64,000 nucleotides of DNA from Longimicrobiales bacterium (GCA_963664435.2 CAXXKM010000003.1:736001-800000); one strand, 5' to 3'; counted from the first letter of the stretch, positions 20,607 to 31,091 are shown. Translations and numbers: made by a program. Notes: generated by a model not told the origin, from the letters alone.

Positions 20607-21431
20607 TTGTGCCGATTCGTATGCTACTCCGGCGAAAAGACGCCCGTCCACCCGATCGTGTTCGGGGGCAGCCACACCCTCGTCAGGCAGAGCTACGACG
20701 CCAGGGAGATGGGCCACGGGGTCCACAACGCCGACGGGTACGGTGTGGGCTGGTATCACGAAGGACGCCCGGTGCGGATTCGCGAGGCGCGCCCCATCTG
20801 GCACGATCCGGACCTTGAGGATGTGCTCTCGTCCGTGCGTTCGCCCTGTTCGCTGGCTCTCGTTCGGAGCGCGAGCCCGGGCATCCCCCTGGACCGGGGC
20901 GAGGTGGCGCCGTTCGTGTTCGAGCGTTGGTCCTTCGGCCTCAACGGCTACGTGCGCAGGTTCCACACCCACGCGATGCGCGCGCTGCGCGCTACGCTGC
21001 CCGACGAACTCTACAACCGGATCCGGGGGACATCCGATACCGAGACCCTTTTCCTGCTTGCGATCGCGGAGGTCTGGAAGGGGGCATCGGCCGGAGCGGC
21101 GCTGGCGCGGGCCGCGGCGCGCGCGGGCTCGCTGGACGTGCGCTGCAAACTCAACATGATCCTGGCCGACGGACGGAGTCTCGCCGTGATCCGCACCTCG
21201 AACTTCGACGAGACCAACTCGCTGTACGTCGCCCGCCGGCATCCGCTCGCTCCCGGGGGCACGCTGATCGCCTCGGAGCGGCTGGACGGGGATGCGGCAT
21301 GGCAGGTCGTGCCGCCCCACTCTGTGATCGAGGTCACCGGGGAAGACGAGCCTCGGATCACGGAGGTGGATGCGCTGCTGCGGGGGCGGGTGCTGTCGTC
21401 CGTCGGCGCGGACGAAGGCGGGGCGGTTTAG
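20607..21431 (+). CDS. egtC: Class II glutamine amidotransferase, EgtC-like
   Basis: N-terminal MCRF nucleophile Cys, NADGYGVGWY, VRSASPG, GTSDTE, IASERL; GAGGAG RBS before TTG; egtBD lie in the window. Confidence 0.8.
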   Translation: MCRFVCYSGEKTPVHPIVFGGSHTLVRQSYDAREMGHGVHNADGYGVGWYHEGRPVRIREARPIWHDPDLEDVLSSVRSPCSLALVRSASPGIPLDRGEVAPFVFERWSFGLNGYVRRFHTHAMRALRATLPDELYNRIRGTSDTETLFLLAIAEVWKGASAGAALARAAARAGSLDVRCKLNMILADGRSLAVIRTSNFDETNSLYVARRHPLAPGGTLIASERLDGDAAWQVVPPHSVIEVTGEDEPRITEVDALLRGRVLSSVGADEGGAV

Positions 21432-21496
21432 AGTCGCTGGACGAAGGCGGGACGGCTGGGAGTCGCTGGACGAAGGCGGGGCGGCTCGGGAGCCGG
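21410..21496. repeat. 29-bp tandem repeat, about 3 copies, across the egtC stop
   Basis: GGACGAAGGCGGG starts at 21410, 21439 and 21468. Confidence 0.85.
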
Positions 21497-21544
21497 TCGC
21501 GATACCCGCGCCGCCGCTTTCCATTTGGACACGAGGATGCAGAG

Positions 21545-23527
21545 ATGAGACGGTTGACGGTGGTTGTGGCGACGTTCCTGACGGTTTGGACGGGGTGGGG
21601 CTGCACCCCGGAGGCACCCGCGGCGGAGGGCGGCGCGGCGGGCTCGATGGACGAGGGCCCCATCGGCGCGGAGGCGCTGGTAGACCTGCGGGCGGCGGTA
21701 GGTGGCAGTCGCTCGCCCCAGTGGGCTCCCGACGGGTCGATGATCACCTTCGTATCGGGGGGTGGGCTGGGGGCGGTCGCCACGGAGGACGGCGCCTTCA
21801 CGACGCTCTCCGACGACCTCGGCCTGAGCGGGGTGGGCTCGCTCGGCGCGCCTCAGCCCGTCTGGTCACCCGACGGCCGCTGGATCGCCTACACCTCCGA
21901 CAAGAGCGGTGCGCCGGAGATCTGGCTCTGGTCCGCCGAGGACGGTTCAGACCGCAAGCTCACCGGTCTGGCCGCGCGCGCCAACGGCCTCGCCTGGTCT
22001 CCCGACGGAGCACGGATCGCCTTCTCCGGCGACCGTTTCGGCAACATGGACATCTGGACGGTGTCGGTTCCGGACGGGAAGGTGCACCGCCTGACCGGCG
22101 ACCCCCTCTACGAGGGCTACCCCAGCTGGACCCCCGACGGCGACCGGCTGCTCTACGTGCGCATGGACGACCGCTGGGTCGACCACGACGTGATGGAGAT
22201 CGACCCCGACGGGAGCAATCCGCGCACCATCGTGCGCGACACCGGCTTTTTCGACTACCGCGCCGGCAGGGCGTTCGGGCCCGCGCAGGTCTCGCCCGAC
22301 GGTGAGAGCATCCTGCTGCGCTCCCAGCGGAGCGGCTGGCTGAACTACTGGGTCGCGCCCCGGTCCGGCGGCGAGCCGCACCCCATCGCGGCGTCCGACC
22401 ATGACCAGAGCGATGCGCGCTGGTCCCCGGACGGCCGCTGGATCAGCTACACGGAGAACCGGGACGGCGTCCATTCCCTGCGCGTGGTGTCGGCCGACGG
22501 CGGCGAGTCGAAGGTGCTGGTGGACCCGGAGGTGGGCGCCGCGCTACGGCCCGAGTGGTCCCCCGCCGGCGACCGCATCAGCTACACGTTCGAGACCCCG
22601 ACACGTCCCACGGAGCTCTTTGTCATCGACGTGGCATCGGGTGAGAAGCAACTCCTGCACAGCGAGGTTCGCGCGGGCGCGGCGGACAGGCTCCACATGC
22701 CGGAGAAGGTGCGCTACCCGAGCACCGACGGGCTCACCATCGAGGCCTATCTGCACCGCCCCCCGGACGCGGCCCCCGGCGAGCGCTTCCCCGGCGTGAT
22801 GTGGATCCACGGCGGCCCCACCTCCCAGTTCGACGATCAGTTCCGCCGCCACCAGCAGGTCCACTTCTTCGCCCAGCGCGGCTACGTCGTGCTCATGCCC
22901 AACATCCGCGGAAGCTCCGGCTACGGTCTCGAATTCGAGGACCTCAACAACGAGTGCTGGGGCCACTGCGACCTGGAGGACGTGCTCGCGGGGGTCGACT
23001 ATCTCAAGACGCTGCCCTACGTGGACCCCGACAAGATCGCCGTTACCGGCACCAGCTACGGCGGCATCATGACCATGGCCGCGGTGGCCTTCGCCCCGGA
23101 TGTCTTTCAGGCCGCGATTTCGCTCTCCGGCTACGGTGACATGACCGACTTCCACACCGAGGTCCACGAGCTTCAGCACATCAAGCTGGTCGAGTACGAG
23201 CTTGGCCCGTATCCGGAGAATCGCGACGTCTATCTCAATAGTTCCGCGATATTCAAGGCGCATCAGGTGACCACCCCCACGTTCGTGATTCAGGGCGAGG
23301 GCATCGCGGCCGACTGGCGCCTGGAGGAAGGAGGAGCCCCGGCGGCACTCGACTTCGCGCGCAAGCTCGATCAGCATTACAAGATCGTGCGATATAAGTC
23401 ATATCCCGGCGAAGGATATTATGTATATGGGCGCGACAATACGATCGAGAAGCTCCACGACATGCTGGATTTCTTCGAAGAGTTCCTCGTGACGGAGATC
23501 GCGTATGGGGGTGAGAAGGGGATGTAG
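21545..23527 (+). CDS. S9 family peptidase with PD40 propeller (probable lipoprotein)
   Basis: WSPDG repeats, IHGGP, NIRGSSGYG, GTSYGG; signal peptide ending GWGC. Confidence 0.9.
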   Translation: MRRLTVVVATFLTVWTGWGCTPEAPAAEGGAAGSMDEGPIGAEALVDLRAAVGGSRSPQWAPDGSMITFVSGGGLGAVATEDGAFTTLSDDLGLSGVGSLGAPQPVWSPDGRWIAYTSDKSGAPEIWLWSAEDGSDRKLTGLAARANGLAWSPDGARIAFSGDRFGNMDIWTVSVPDGKVHRLTGDPLYEGYPSWTPDGDRLLYVRMDDRWVDHDVMEIDPDGSNPRTIVRDTGFFDYRAGRAFGPAQVSPDGESILLRSQRSGWLNYWVAPRSGGEPHPIAASDHDQSDARWSPDGRWISYTENRDGVHSLRVVSADGGESKVLVDPEVGAALRPEWSPAGDRISYTFETPTRPTELFVIDVASGEKQLLHSEVRAGAADRLHMPEKVRYPSTDGLTIEAYLHRPPDAAPGERFPGVMWIHGGPTSQFDDQFRRHQQVHFFAQRGYVVLMPNIRGSSGYGLEFEDLNNECWGHCDLEDVLAGVDYLKTLPYVDPDKIAVTGTSYGGIMTMAAVAFAPDVFQAAISLSGYGDMTDFHTEVHELQHIKLVEYELGPYPENRDVYLNSSAIFKAHQVTTPTFVIQGEGIAADWRLEEGGAPAALDFARKLDQHYKIVRYKSYPGEGYYVYGRDNTIEKLHDMLDFFEEFLVTEIAYGGEKGM

Positions 23528-24848
23528 CGGGCATCCGGCACAGCGAGGATTGCGGCTCCCCGGGGCATCCCTGGCCCTTGCAGCGGCCGCGCTCGCTGGA
23601 TGCGCATCCGGGGACGAGACGGAAGCGCGTTCGATCACCGAGCGCGACAGCGCGGCAATCCGGATCGTCGAGAACGCCGCGCCGGCCTGGGACGCGGGCC
23701 GAGGCTGGCGGTCCGCGCCGACTCCGGAAGTTGTGATCGGGGCATCGTCGAGCCCGACCGAAGACGGAGACGAGGTTTCGCTCTATCGCGTGGAAGGCGC
23801 TCGATTCCTTCCGGACGGCGGAATCGTCGTCGCCAACGCAGGCACTTCCGAAGTGATGGTATTCGACACTGCCGGCACGCTGGTCAGGCGCTTCGGAGGG
23901 GAGGGCGAGGGTCCGGGAGAACTTCGCAGCATCGTCGGCATTGACGTGTGCGGCGGCGACTCCATCGCCGTCCATTCCCGGCTCACGCTCCACGTCTTCG
24001 AACGGGATGGGACGTTCGCGCGGCGGGCGCAGTTTCGACTGGGCGGACAGCCGGTACCGGTACAAGGCGTCTCCGGCAGTTGCGGGCGAGCCCTGGTGCA
24101 GCAGCGCACCCGGATGCCTGCGGTCGGCCGTCAAGGTTTCACCGAGGATGTCTTCGCGTGGGTCGACTCATTCGCCGAAGCAGTCGATACCGTTGCCACA
24201 ACCGGGCTGCTCGAAGTATGGACCCGGGCATTCGACGGAGGGGCGCGTCCGTGGGTCATCCCCTGGGGGACATCCGGTGGCACGCACGCTACCGGGAATG
24301 ACCGATTTGTCGTCGGGAATGGACGAGTCCCGGAGTTGCGGCACTACGATTCAGGTGGCGGACTACAACTGATCGTTCGGTGGCTCGGCCAGCCTCGGCC
24401 GGTGTCGGCGAGCGACCGGCGGCGCTATTCCGAGCGACGCATGGAGTTTCTCGCCTGGGCGCCAGCCAATGAGCCGGAAACCCGGCTGCTCTTCCCGGCG
24501 CTCGACGAGTATCCCGAGGTGCCGACCCACAAGCCGCTCTTCGACCGACTCCTGTTGGATGGCCGGGGAGGCATCTGGGCACGCGTCTTCCCCGAGCAGT
24601 CCTTTGGCCTCTTCGACACGCGCCTCCCGGGGCCCATGGTCTTTACGGAGACCTGGACGGTGTTCGATTCGGCCGGGGTCTGGCTGGGCGATGTCACCCT
24701 CCCTGACCGGTTCGAGCTGCATGACGTCGACGGGGATCGGCTGCTCGGCGTTGCCCGCGACGCTCTCGATACGGAAACAGTTCAGATCTTCCGGATCGTA
24801 GGGATCGCCTACTCCTACCTGGTCTGGCGGGATGTCGGGGAGGGATAG
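23505..24848 (+). CDS. 6-bladed beta-propeller (NHL-like) lipoprotein
   Basis: LAGC lipobox, RDSAAIRIVEN, FGGEGEGPGEL, WTVFDSAGVWLG. Start uncertain. Confidence 0.72.
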   Translation: MGVRRGCSGHPAQRGLRLPGASLALAAAALAGCASGDETEARSITERDSAAIRIVENAAPAWDAGRGWRSAPTPEVVIGASSSPTEDGDEVSLYRVEGARFLPDGGIVVANAGTSEVMVFDTAGTLVRRFGGEGEGPGELRSIVGIDVCGGDSIAVHSRLTLHVFERDGTFARRAQFRLGGQPVPVQGVSGSCGRALVQQRTRMPAVGRQGFTEDVFAWVDSFAEAVDTVATTGLLEVWTRAFDGGARPWVIPWGTSGGTHATGNDRFVVGNGRVPELRHYDSGGGLQLIVRWLGQPRPVSASDRRRYSERRMEFLAWAPANEPETRLLFPALDEYPEVPTHKPLFDRLLLDGRGGIWARVFPEQSFGLFDTRLPGPMVFTETWTVFDSAGVWLGDVTLPDRFELHDVDGDRLLGVARDALDTETVQIFRIVGIAYSYLVWRDVGEG

Positions 24849-25021
24849 CTCGAAGGCCTGCACACGGACCTGAGACGCGACATCCAGAGCCCAGGAGATC
24901 CTCCCGGCCCCCCATCCGCGCCTGCGGGCTGCCGAGGTTCCTTCGCCGGTGGCCCCCCACCCCCTCTCGGCACTACCGTGCCGGGAGTACCCTCCCCTCC
25001 CCCCCGCAACCGGGTGCCGCC

Positions 25022-28000
25022 ATGACCTCGTACCGTCCCCCGACCGGAGCTGCCGCCGCGACCCTGCCCGTCCCCACGACCGCGCCGATGCGCACAACCG
25101 CACGGGCCGCAGTCACGGCCGCCGCCGCGACCGGACTCGCCACCACCACCCCCCTGGCCGCCCTCACCTGGCTGCTCGCCGCGACCTTGCTCCCCCACCC
25201 CGGGACCGCCCAGACCACCGAGCAGAACGACTCGGCCGCCGCCGAAGCGCGTCGCACCAACTCGCTGCCGCTCATTCCCACGCGCACCCTGGACTTCACG
25301 ACCGACGAGGGGACGTGGATCTCGCTGGATCTGTCGCCGGACGGGGAGACGATCGTGTGCGAGCTGCTCGGCGACCTTTACACCCTCCCCGCGACGGGTG
25401 GGGACGCGACGCGCATCACCAGCGGGCAGGCGTACGACATGCAGCCGCGCTACTCGCCGGACGGCTCGATGCTCGTGTTCGTGAGCGACCGCGACGGCTC
25501 CGAGAACATCTGGGTCGCGGGCGCGGACGGGAGCGCGGCGCGCCAGCTCACCGACACCGAACGGGAGAGCTACATGTCGCCGGTGTGGACGCCGGACGGC
25601 GAGTACGTGATCGCCAACAAGGGCACCCAGCTCTGGCTCTACCACCGGGACGGGGGCTCGGGGGTGCAGATGACCGGGCACCGCGAGGACGGCGAGGCCG
25701 CCCCGCCCGCCCACCTGGGCGCGGCCTTCGACGCCGACTCCCGCTACCTGTGGGTGAACGTGCGTGGCCAGGTCGCCGGCGGGTTCGAGACGGCGAGCCG
25801 GCAGAGCCTCATCAACTCCGGCGACATTCTCGAGTTCGGACCCGACCACGCCACGGGCCGCAGTTCGGCCCGCCAGGTGGGGCCCTTCCAGCTCGCGCTT
25901 CTCGACCGCGAGACCGGGCGTGTCCATGTGAGAACGCACGAGCACGAGGGCGCCTTTCGCCCGGTCCCGAGCCCCGACGGACGCTGGGTCGTGTACGCAA
26001 CCCGCTGGGACGCGCGCGAGGCGCTCAAGCTGCTCGACCTGGAAACCGGCGGCGACAGCTGGCTGGTCATGGACGTCCAGAGGGACGACTCGCAGGGCGG
26101 CGGCATGCGCGACAGGGACGTCTATCCGGGATCGGCCTTCACCCCGGACTCGCGCGCGCTGATCACCAGCTACGGCGGCAGGATCATGCGGGTCGAAGTG
26201 CCGTCCGGCGAGGCCAGCGAGATCCCCTTTCGCGCGCACGTCCAGCAGCACCTCGGCCCGCTGGTCAAGTTCGACTACCCCATCAACGACTCCACCATGA
26301 CGGTCTCGCAGATCCGCGGGGCGCGTCCCTCGCCGGACGGCCGCCGGCTGGCCTTCGCCGCCCTCGACCGCCTCTGGATCGCCGATCTCCCCGACGTCGA
26401 GCATCCGCAGACCGGCGCACCCCCCGACCTCGCCGGCGCGCGCCGCCTCACCACCTCCACGGACGTCGAGCACGGCCCGGTGTGGTCGCCCGACGGCCGA
26501 CACATCGCCTACGTCACCTGGAACGACTCCACCGGCGGAGACATCCGGCGCGTACCGGCCGAGGGAGGCGAGCCCGAACGCCTGACCCGCGCCTCCGCCT
26601 TCTACGACAAGCTGGCCTACTCCGGCGACGGCGCCCGGCTCCTCGCCGCGCGCGGCTCGATGATGCACCGCATGCGTACGCTGGAGGACTTCGGGCGCCA
26701 TCATCCGGCATCGGAGATGGAGTACGTCTGGCTGCCCGCCGAGGGCGGGGAGGCGACCCGCATCACCTGGGTGGGCGCGAGCACGACCCAGCAGGGCCGC
26801 AACACGCCCCATTTCGGCCCGGACCCGGAGCGGGTCTACGTCTGGGCGGGCTCCGAGGGGCTCCTTTCGATGCGCTACGACGGAACCGACGTGCGCACCA
26901 TCGTCAAGGTGACCGCCCCCTCGGCCGGACCCGGCGGGAGCTCCACGCCGGACGAGGTGGTGCTCTCTCCCGATGGCCGCCGGGCGATCGTGCGCGCCAA
27001 CCGCAACGTCTTCCTCATCACCGTGCCGCCCGTGGGCGGGAATCCCGCCACCGTGTCCGTCGCGGGCTCCACCACGGTGCCTACTCGCCGCCTGACAACG
27101 GTGGGCGGCGACTTCGTCGGCTGGAGACACGACGGTGGCGCCGCCTACTACTCGATCGGGCGCTCCTTCTTCGAATACGACATCGCCGCGGCGGATGCCC
27201 TCATCGCGGACTCGCTCGCGACCGCACGCGCGGAGGAGAGGCCAGAAGAGCCGGGGGAAGAAGCCGGAGCCGGGGAAACAGATGAGGACGAGGCGGCCGG
27301 GGGAGCTGGAGACGACGAAGCCGACGCTGGAGCAGCAGACACGGCGGCAGGCGACCAGGAAGCCGAGGACGACGATGCGTCATCCCCCGTCTACGCCGCC
27401 GCCCGCTACGACCTCGACATCACCCTCGAAAAGGACAAGCCGCGCGGCGTCATCGCCCTCACCGGCGCCCGCCTCATCACCATGCGCGGGGACGAAGTCA
27501 TCGCCCGCGGCGACATCGTCATCGAGGACAACCGCATTACTGCCGTGGGCGCTTCCGGCACCGTCGCAATCCCCGACGACGCCGAGGTGCGCGACATGTC
27601 CGGCAAGACCATCCTCCCCGGCCTGGTGGACATCCACGCCCATACCTGGGTCGCCTGGGGCGTGCACCGGAGCCAGGTGTCGCAGTTCCTGGCCCAGCTC
27701 GCCTACGGCGTCACCACTCAGCGCGACCCGCAGACCTCCACCGAGGACATCCTCGCCTACAGCGATCTGATGGAGGCCGGACAGCTCATCGGCCCCCGCC
27801 TCTACTCGACGGGTCCGGGGGTCTTCAGCGCGGATCGGATCTCGAGCCTGGACGAGGCCCGCGACGTGCTCCGCCGCTACGCCGACCACTTCAACACCCA
27901 GACCATCAAGCAGTACCTGGCCGGCGACCGCAAGGTGCGCCAGTGGGTCATCATGGCGGCGCGCGAACTCGGGCTCACGCCCACCACCGAAGGTGGCTCG

Positions 28001-28702
28001 AACTTCACCATGAATCTCACCCTTGCTCAGGACGGCTACGCCGGCCTCGAGCACTCGCTCCCCATCAGCCCCTTCTACCGGGACGTGGTCGAGCTGGGAG
28101 CCTTCAGCGGGATGGTCTACACCCCGACCCTGATCGTGGCCTACGGCGGGCCGTCGGGACGTCAACTCTACCTGACCAGCGTGAACGTCGACGAAGCCGC
28201 GCGGCTGCGCTACTTCACCCCCCACGACGAACTCGACAAGTGGAAGACCACCACCTGGTACCGCAGGGACCAGTACCCCCACTTCATGCAGGCCGAGCAG
28301 CTGAAGAAGTGGATGGACGCAGGCGGGCAGGCCGGGCTGGGCTCGCACGGCGAGGTGCAGGGGCTCGGAACCCACTGGGAGCTCTGGATGATGGCGTCCG
28401 GCGGCATAGAGAATCACGACGCCCTGCGCATGGCCACGCTCATGAGCGCGGACGCGATCGGGCTCGCGGGCGACATCGGCTCCATCGAGCCCGGCAAGCT
28501 CGCCGATCTGCAGGTGCTGAACGCCAGCCCCCTTGACGACCTGCGCAACACGACCGACATAGAGTACGTGATGAAGAACGGCCGTCTCTACGAGGCCGCG
28601 ACCCTGAACGAGGTGTGGCCGCGCCGGCGTCCCCTGCCCACCCAGTGGTGGTGGCGGGTCGAGCCGCCGGACGCGGGACCGCCGACCAGGCTGCTGCCCT
28701 AG
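25022..28702 (+). CDS. PD40-repeat + amidohydrolase family protein
   Basis: FTTDEGTWISLDLSPDG, many SPDG repeats, PGLVDIHAH, GSIEPGKLADL. Confidence 0.9.
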   Translation: MTSYRPPTGAAAATLPVPTTAPMRTTARAAVTAAAATGLATTTPLAALTWLLAATLLPHPGTAQTTEQNDSAAAEARRTNSLPLIPTRTLDFTTDEGTWISLDLSPDGETIVCELLGDLYTLPATGGDATRITSGQAYDMQPRYSPDGSMLVFVSDRDGSENIWVAGADGSAARQLTDTERESYMSPVWTPDGEYVIANKGTQLWLYHRDGGSGVQMTGHREDGEAAPPAHLGAAFDADSRYLWVNVRGQVAGGFETASRQSLINSGDILEFGPDHATGRSSARQVGPFQLALLDRETGRVHVRTHEHEGAFRPVPSPDGRWVVYATRWDAREALKLLDLETGGDSWLVMDVQRDDSQGGGMRDRDVYPGSAFTPDSRALITSYGGRIMRVEVPSGEASEIPFRAHVQQHLGPLVKFDYPINDSTMTVSQIRGARPSPDGRRLAFAALDRLWIADLPDVEHPQTGAPPDLAGARRLTTSTDVEHGPVWSPDGRHIAYVTWNDSTGGDIRRVPAEGGEPERLTRASAFYDKLAYSGDGARLLAARGSMMHRMRTLEDFGRHHPASEMEYVWLPAEGGEATRITWVGASTTQQGRNTPHFGPDPERVYVWAGSEGLLSMRYDGTDVRTIVKVTAPSAGPGGSSTPDEVVLSPDGRRAIVRANRNVFLITVPPVGGNPATVSVAGSTTVPTRRLTTVGGDFVGWRHDGGAAYYSIGRSFFEYDIAAADALIADSLATARAEERPEEPGEEAGAGETDEDEAAGGAGDDEADAGAADTAAGDQEAEDDDASSPVYAAARYDLDITLEKDKPRGVIALTGARLITMRGDEVIARGDIVIEDNRITAVGASGTVAIPDDAEVRDMSGKTILPGLVDIHAHTWVAWGVHRSQVSQFLAQLAYGVTTQRDPQTSTEDILAYSDLMEAGQLIGPRLYSTGPGVFSADRISSLDEARDVLRRYADHFNTQTIKQYLAGDRKVRQWVIMAARELGLTPTTEGGSNFTMNLTLAQDGYAGLEHSLPISPFYRDVVELGAFSGMVYTPTLIVAYGGPSGRQLYLTSVNVDEAARLRYFTPHDELDKWKTTTWYRRDQYPHFMQAEQLKKWMDAGGQAGLGSHGEVQGLGTHWELWMMASGGIENHDALRMATLMSADAIGLAGDIGSIEPGKLADLQVLNASPLDDLRNTTDIEYVMKNGRLYEAATLNEVWPRRRPLPTQWWWRVEPPDAGPPTRLLP

Positions 28703-28706
28703 CAGG

Positions 28707-28740
28707 GTGATACTACCCCAACGCTCATCGTGATACTACC
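28707..28740 (+). promoter_or_regulatory. Perfect 11-bp direct repeat GTGATACTACC upstream of the selenoprotein gene
   Basis: Copies at 28707-28717 and 28730-28740; regulatory role is inferred. Confidence 0.45.
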
Positions 28741-28786
28741 GTACCTCGCGGCCCGGTAGCTCACCAAACAAGGAGGGAGGCGCCCG

Positions 28787-29011
28787 ATGCGCGTATCCAT
28801 AGAATACTGCACTGCTTGAGACTACAAGCCAAAAGCCGTCAGTTTGGCGGCCACGCTCGAGAAGCAGTTCCCCGGCGTTGACATCGAGATGATCCCGTCC
28901 GGCGGCGGCCGGTTCGAAGTCGTTGCCGACGGTCGACTCGTGTACTCCAAGGCCGCCAGCGGCCGCCACCCGACGCATGAGGAAGTCGTGTCGGCGATCG
29001 CGGAGGCGTGA
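28787..29011 (+). CDS. SelW/SelT/SelH (Rdx) family selenoprotein with CxxU motif
   Basis: AGGAGGGAGG RBS, then MRVSIEYCTA-TGA(28817)-DYKPKAVSLAATLEKQFPGVDIEMIPSGGGRFEVVADGRLVYSKAASGRHPTHEEVVSAIAEA*. The Rdx signature continues past the TGA. Absent from the ORF track. Confidence 0.9.
28828..28848 (+). promoter_or_regulatory. Candidate bacterial SECIS hairpin
   Basis: GCCAAA-AGCCGTCAG-TTTGGC stem-loop begins 8 nt after the in-frame TGA. Confidence 0.6.
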
Positions 29012-31032
29012 ACGTGCGCGCCGCCTCCGCCCTTCGCGCCGCCGCGGCTCCTCTGCCGCGTGTGGCGATCGCGGTCAGCGCGCTGCTTTTCGCTGGCGAT
29101 CTCTCGGCCCAGACCTCCCTCTCCGTCGGCCGCACCTTGTCCGGCTCCCTCTCCGAGGGCGACACCGCACGCTATGCCTTCGAGGCCGGGGAAGACTACT
29201 TCGTGCTCGGCGAGGTCGACCAGGTTTCCGCGGACATCGACGTGCGGGTGCTCGGATCGGACGGAGAGACACCCTGGGGGAACTCTTCCGGACCGGGCCG
29301 GGGCGCGGAGCGCTTCGCGGTGCGCCCGCCGGAAGCCGGCGCCTACACGGTCGAGCTCACCCCGGCGGAGGGCGAGTCGGGCGACTACACCATCACCCTG
29401 CTTCGCCTCGAACCGCTCGAGACCGACCCGAAGAGGCTCACGGACCAACTCCTGTCCCGCTACGACGGCGAGGATTCCCCGGGCGCGGCGGTGCAGGTCT
29501 GGCGCGACGGGGAGACGCTCTACTCCAGGGCATACGGCATGGCCAACCTCGCCTACGGCATCCCGTTCGAGGCGGACACGCGAACCAACATCGGCTCCAC
29601 CTCCAAGCAGTTCACAGCCTTCGCCATCATGCTGCAGGCCGAGCGGGGACTGCTCTCGCTGGACGACGACATCCGCAACCACATCCCGGAGCTGCCCGAG
29701 TTCGACCACACCATCACCGTGCGCCATCTCATCACCCATACCTCCGGCCTGCGCGAGTTCCTGAACCTGACGCGCATGACCGGGCGGCGCCTCGACCGCG
29801 GCGACTGGATCGACCGTTCCGAGATCATCGACATCGTCCAGCGCCAGCCCGCGCTCCAGAACGAGCCCGGCGCCGAGTACAACTACAACAACACCGCGTT
29901 CGGGCTGGCCGCGGTCATCGTCGAGCGCACCTCGGGCCAGGACTTCCCCACCTACATGCGCGAGAACGTCTTCGAGCCGCTGGGGATGACCCGCACCCTG
30001 GTCCGTCCCTCGCCCATCCACATCGTCCCGGAGATGTCGGAGGGTTACACGCCCGGGCCCGACGGTTACCTGCAGATCGGCGACCTGGGCGGCGCGGCGG
30101 GAGCCGGCGGCATGTACTCGACGCTCGACGACCTGCGGACCTGGGTGGAAAACTACGCGAACCCGCGCCTCGGCAGCGCCGGGATCTTCGAGGAGATGAT
30201 GACGTCCTACGTCCTCTCCGACGGCGAAGAAACGGGATACGGGTACGGCCTCTCCGTCGACGAGCAGCGCGGCCTCAAGCGCGTGCACCATGGAGGAGCG
30301 GACGTCGCGCACCGTTCGATGCTGGCCTGGTACCCCGAGATCAACGCGGGCATCACCACCCAGAGCAACCATGCGGGCTTCAACAGCGCAGTGGCGTACG
30401 AGCTTGCCGCCGCGTTCTTCGCGGACGCGATGGAGCCGGAGGATGCCGTGGCGGAGGAAGCGGGTGCGAGCGACTTCGATCCCGCCGACTACGACCCCGG
30501 GGACTTCGACGACCTCGCCGGCCGCTACGCGCTCGACGAGACGCCCGCCTTCATCCTCACCTTCACCCGCGAAGACGACACCTTCTACGCGCAGCCAACC
30601 GGCCAGCCGCGTCTCGCGATGGTGCCGACCTCCGACACCACCTTCGCGATCGAGCGCGTGTCCGCGACGATCGTCTTCCACCGCGGGGCGGACGGCACGG
30701 TGAGCCGCATGACCCTGAACCAGAACGGCCTGCACCCCGGGACGCGCGTGCCCGCAGTGGGGGAATCCGACGATGCCGAGCACCTGGCCGACTTCGCGGG
30801 CCGCTACTTCAGCGACGAGATCGAGACCTTCTTCGACATCGTTGTGAAGGATGGCGAGCTGGTCATGAAGCAGCGCCGCCTGGACGAAGCGACGCTCGAG
30901 CCGGGCCAGCCCGACACCTTCTCGGGCGGCGGCTTCACCTTCCGCTTCGAGCGCGACCGCAACGGCCAGGTGATCGGCTACTACCTGTCCAACGGAAGAA
31001 CGCGCGACGTGCGCTTCGGGCGGGTGCGGTAG
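29008..31032 (+). CDS. Serine hydrolase (beta-lactamase family) with N-terminal PPC-like domain
   Basis: GSTSKQF (SxxK), LITHTSGL, YNYNN, HHGG; GTGA overlap with the selenoprotein gene. Confidence 0.9.
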   Translation: MNVRAASALRAAAAPLPRVAIAVSALLFAGDLSAQTSLSVGRTLSGSLSEGDTARYAFEAGEDYFVLGEVDQVSADIDVRVLGSDGETPWGNSSGPGRGAERFAVRPPEAGAYTVELTPAEGESGDYTITLLRLEPLETDPKRLTDQLLSRYDGEDSPGAAVQVWRDGETLYSRAYGMANLAYGIPFEADTRTNIGSTSKQFTAFAIMLQAERGLLSLDDDIRNHIPELPEFDHTITVRHLITHTSGLREFLNLTRMTGRRLDRGDWIDRSEIIDIVQRQPALQNEPGAEYNYNNTAFGLAAVIVERTSGQDFPTYMRENVFEPLGMTRTLVRPSPIHIVPEMSEGYTPGPDGYLQIGDLGGAAGAGGMYSTLDDLRTWVENYANPRLGSAGIFEEMMTSYVLSDGEETGYGYGLSVDEQRGLKRVHHGGADVAHRSMLAWYPEINAGITTQSNHAGFNSAVAYELAAAFFADAMEPEDAVAEEAGASDFDPADYDPGDFDDLAGRYALDETPAFILTFTREDDTFYAQPTGQPRLAMVPTSDTTFAIERVSATIVFHRGADGTVSRMTLNQNGLHPGTRVPAVGESDDAEHLADFAGRYFSDEIETFFDIVVKDGELVMKQRRLDEATLEPGQPDTFSGGGFTFRFERDRNGQVIGYYLSNGRTRDVRFGRVR

Positions 31033-31091
31033 GAGGCATCAATGGGCGGGCCAGCGAGCCCCGCCTCCGCGGACGACGCGTTCGCGCAATC

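Noticed and set aside
20590..20609. Similar initiation regions of egtC and qhpC (GAGGAGAGA..AGACC.TTG)
   Set aside because: Adequately explained by a strong SD compensating for a TTG start; too short to call a regulatory motif.
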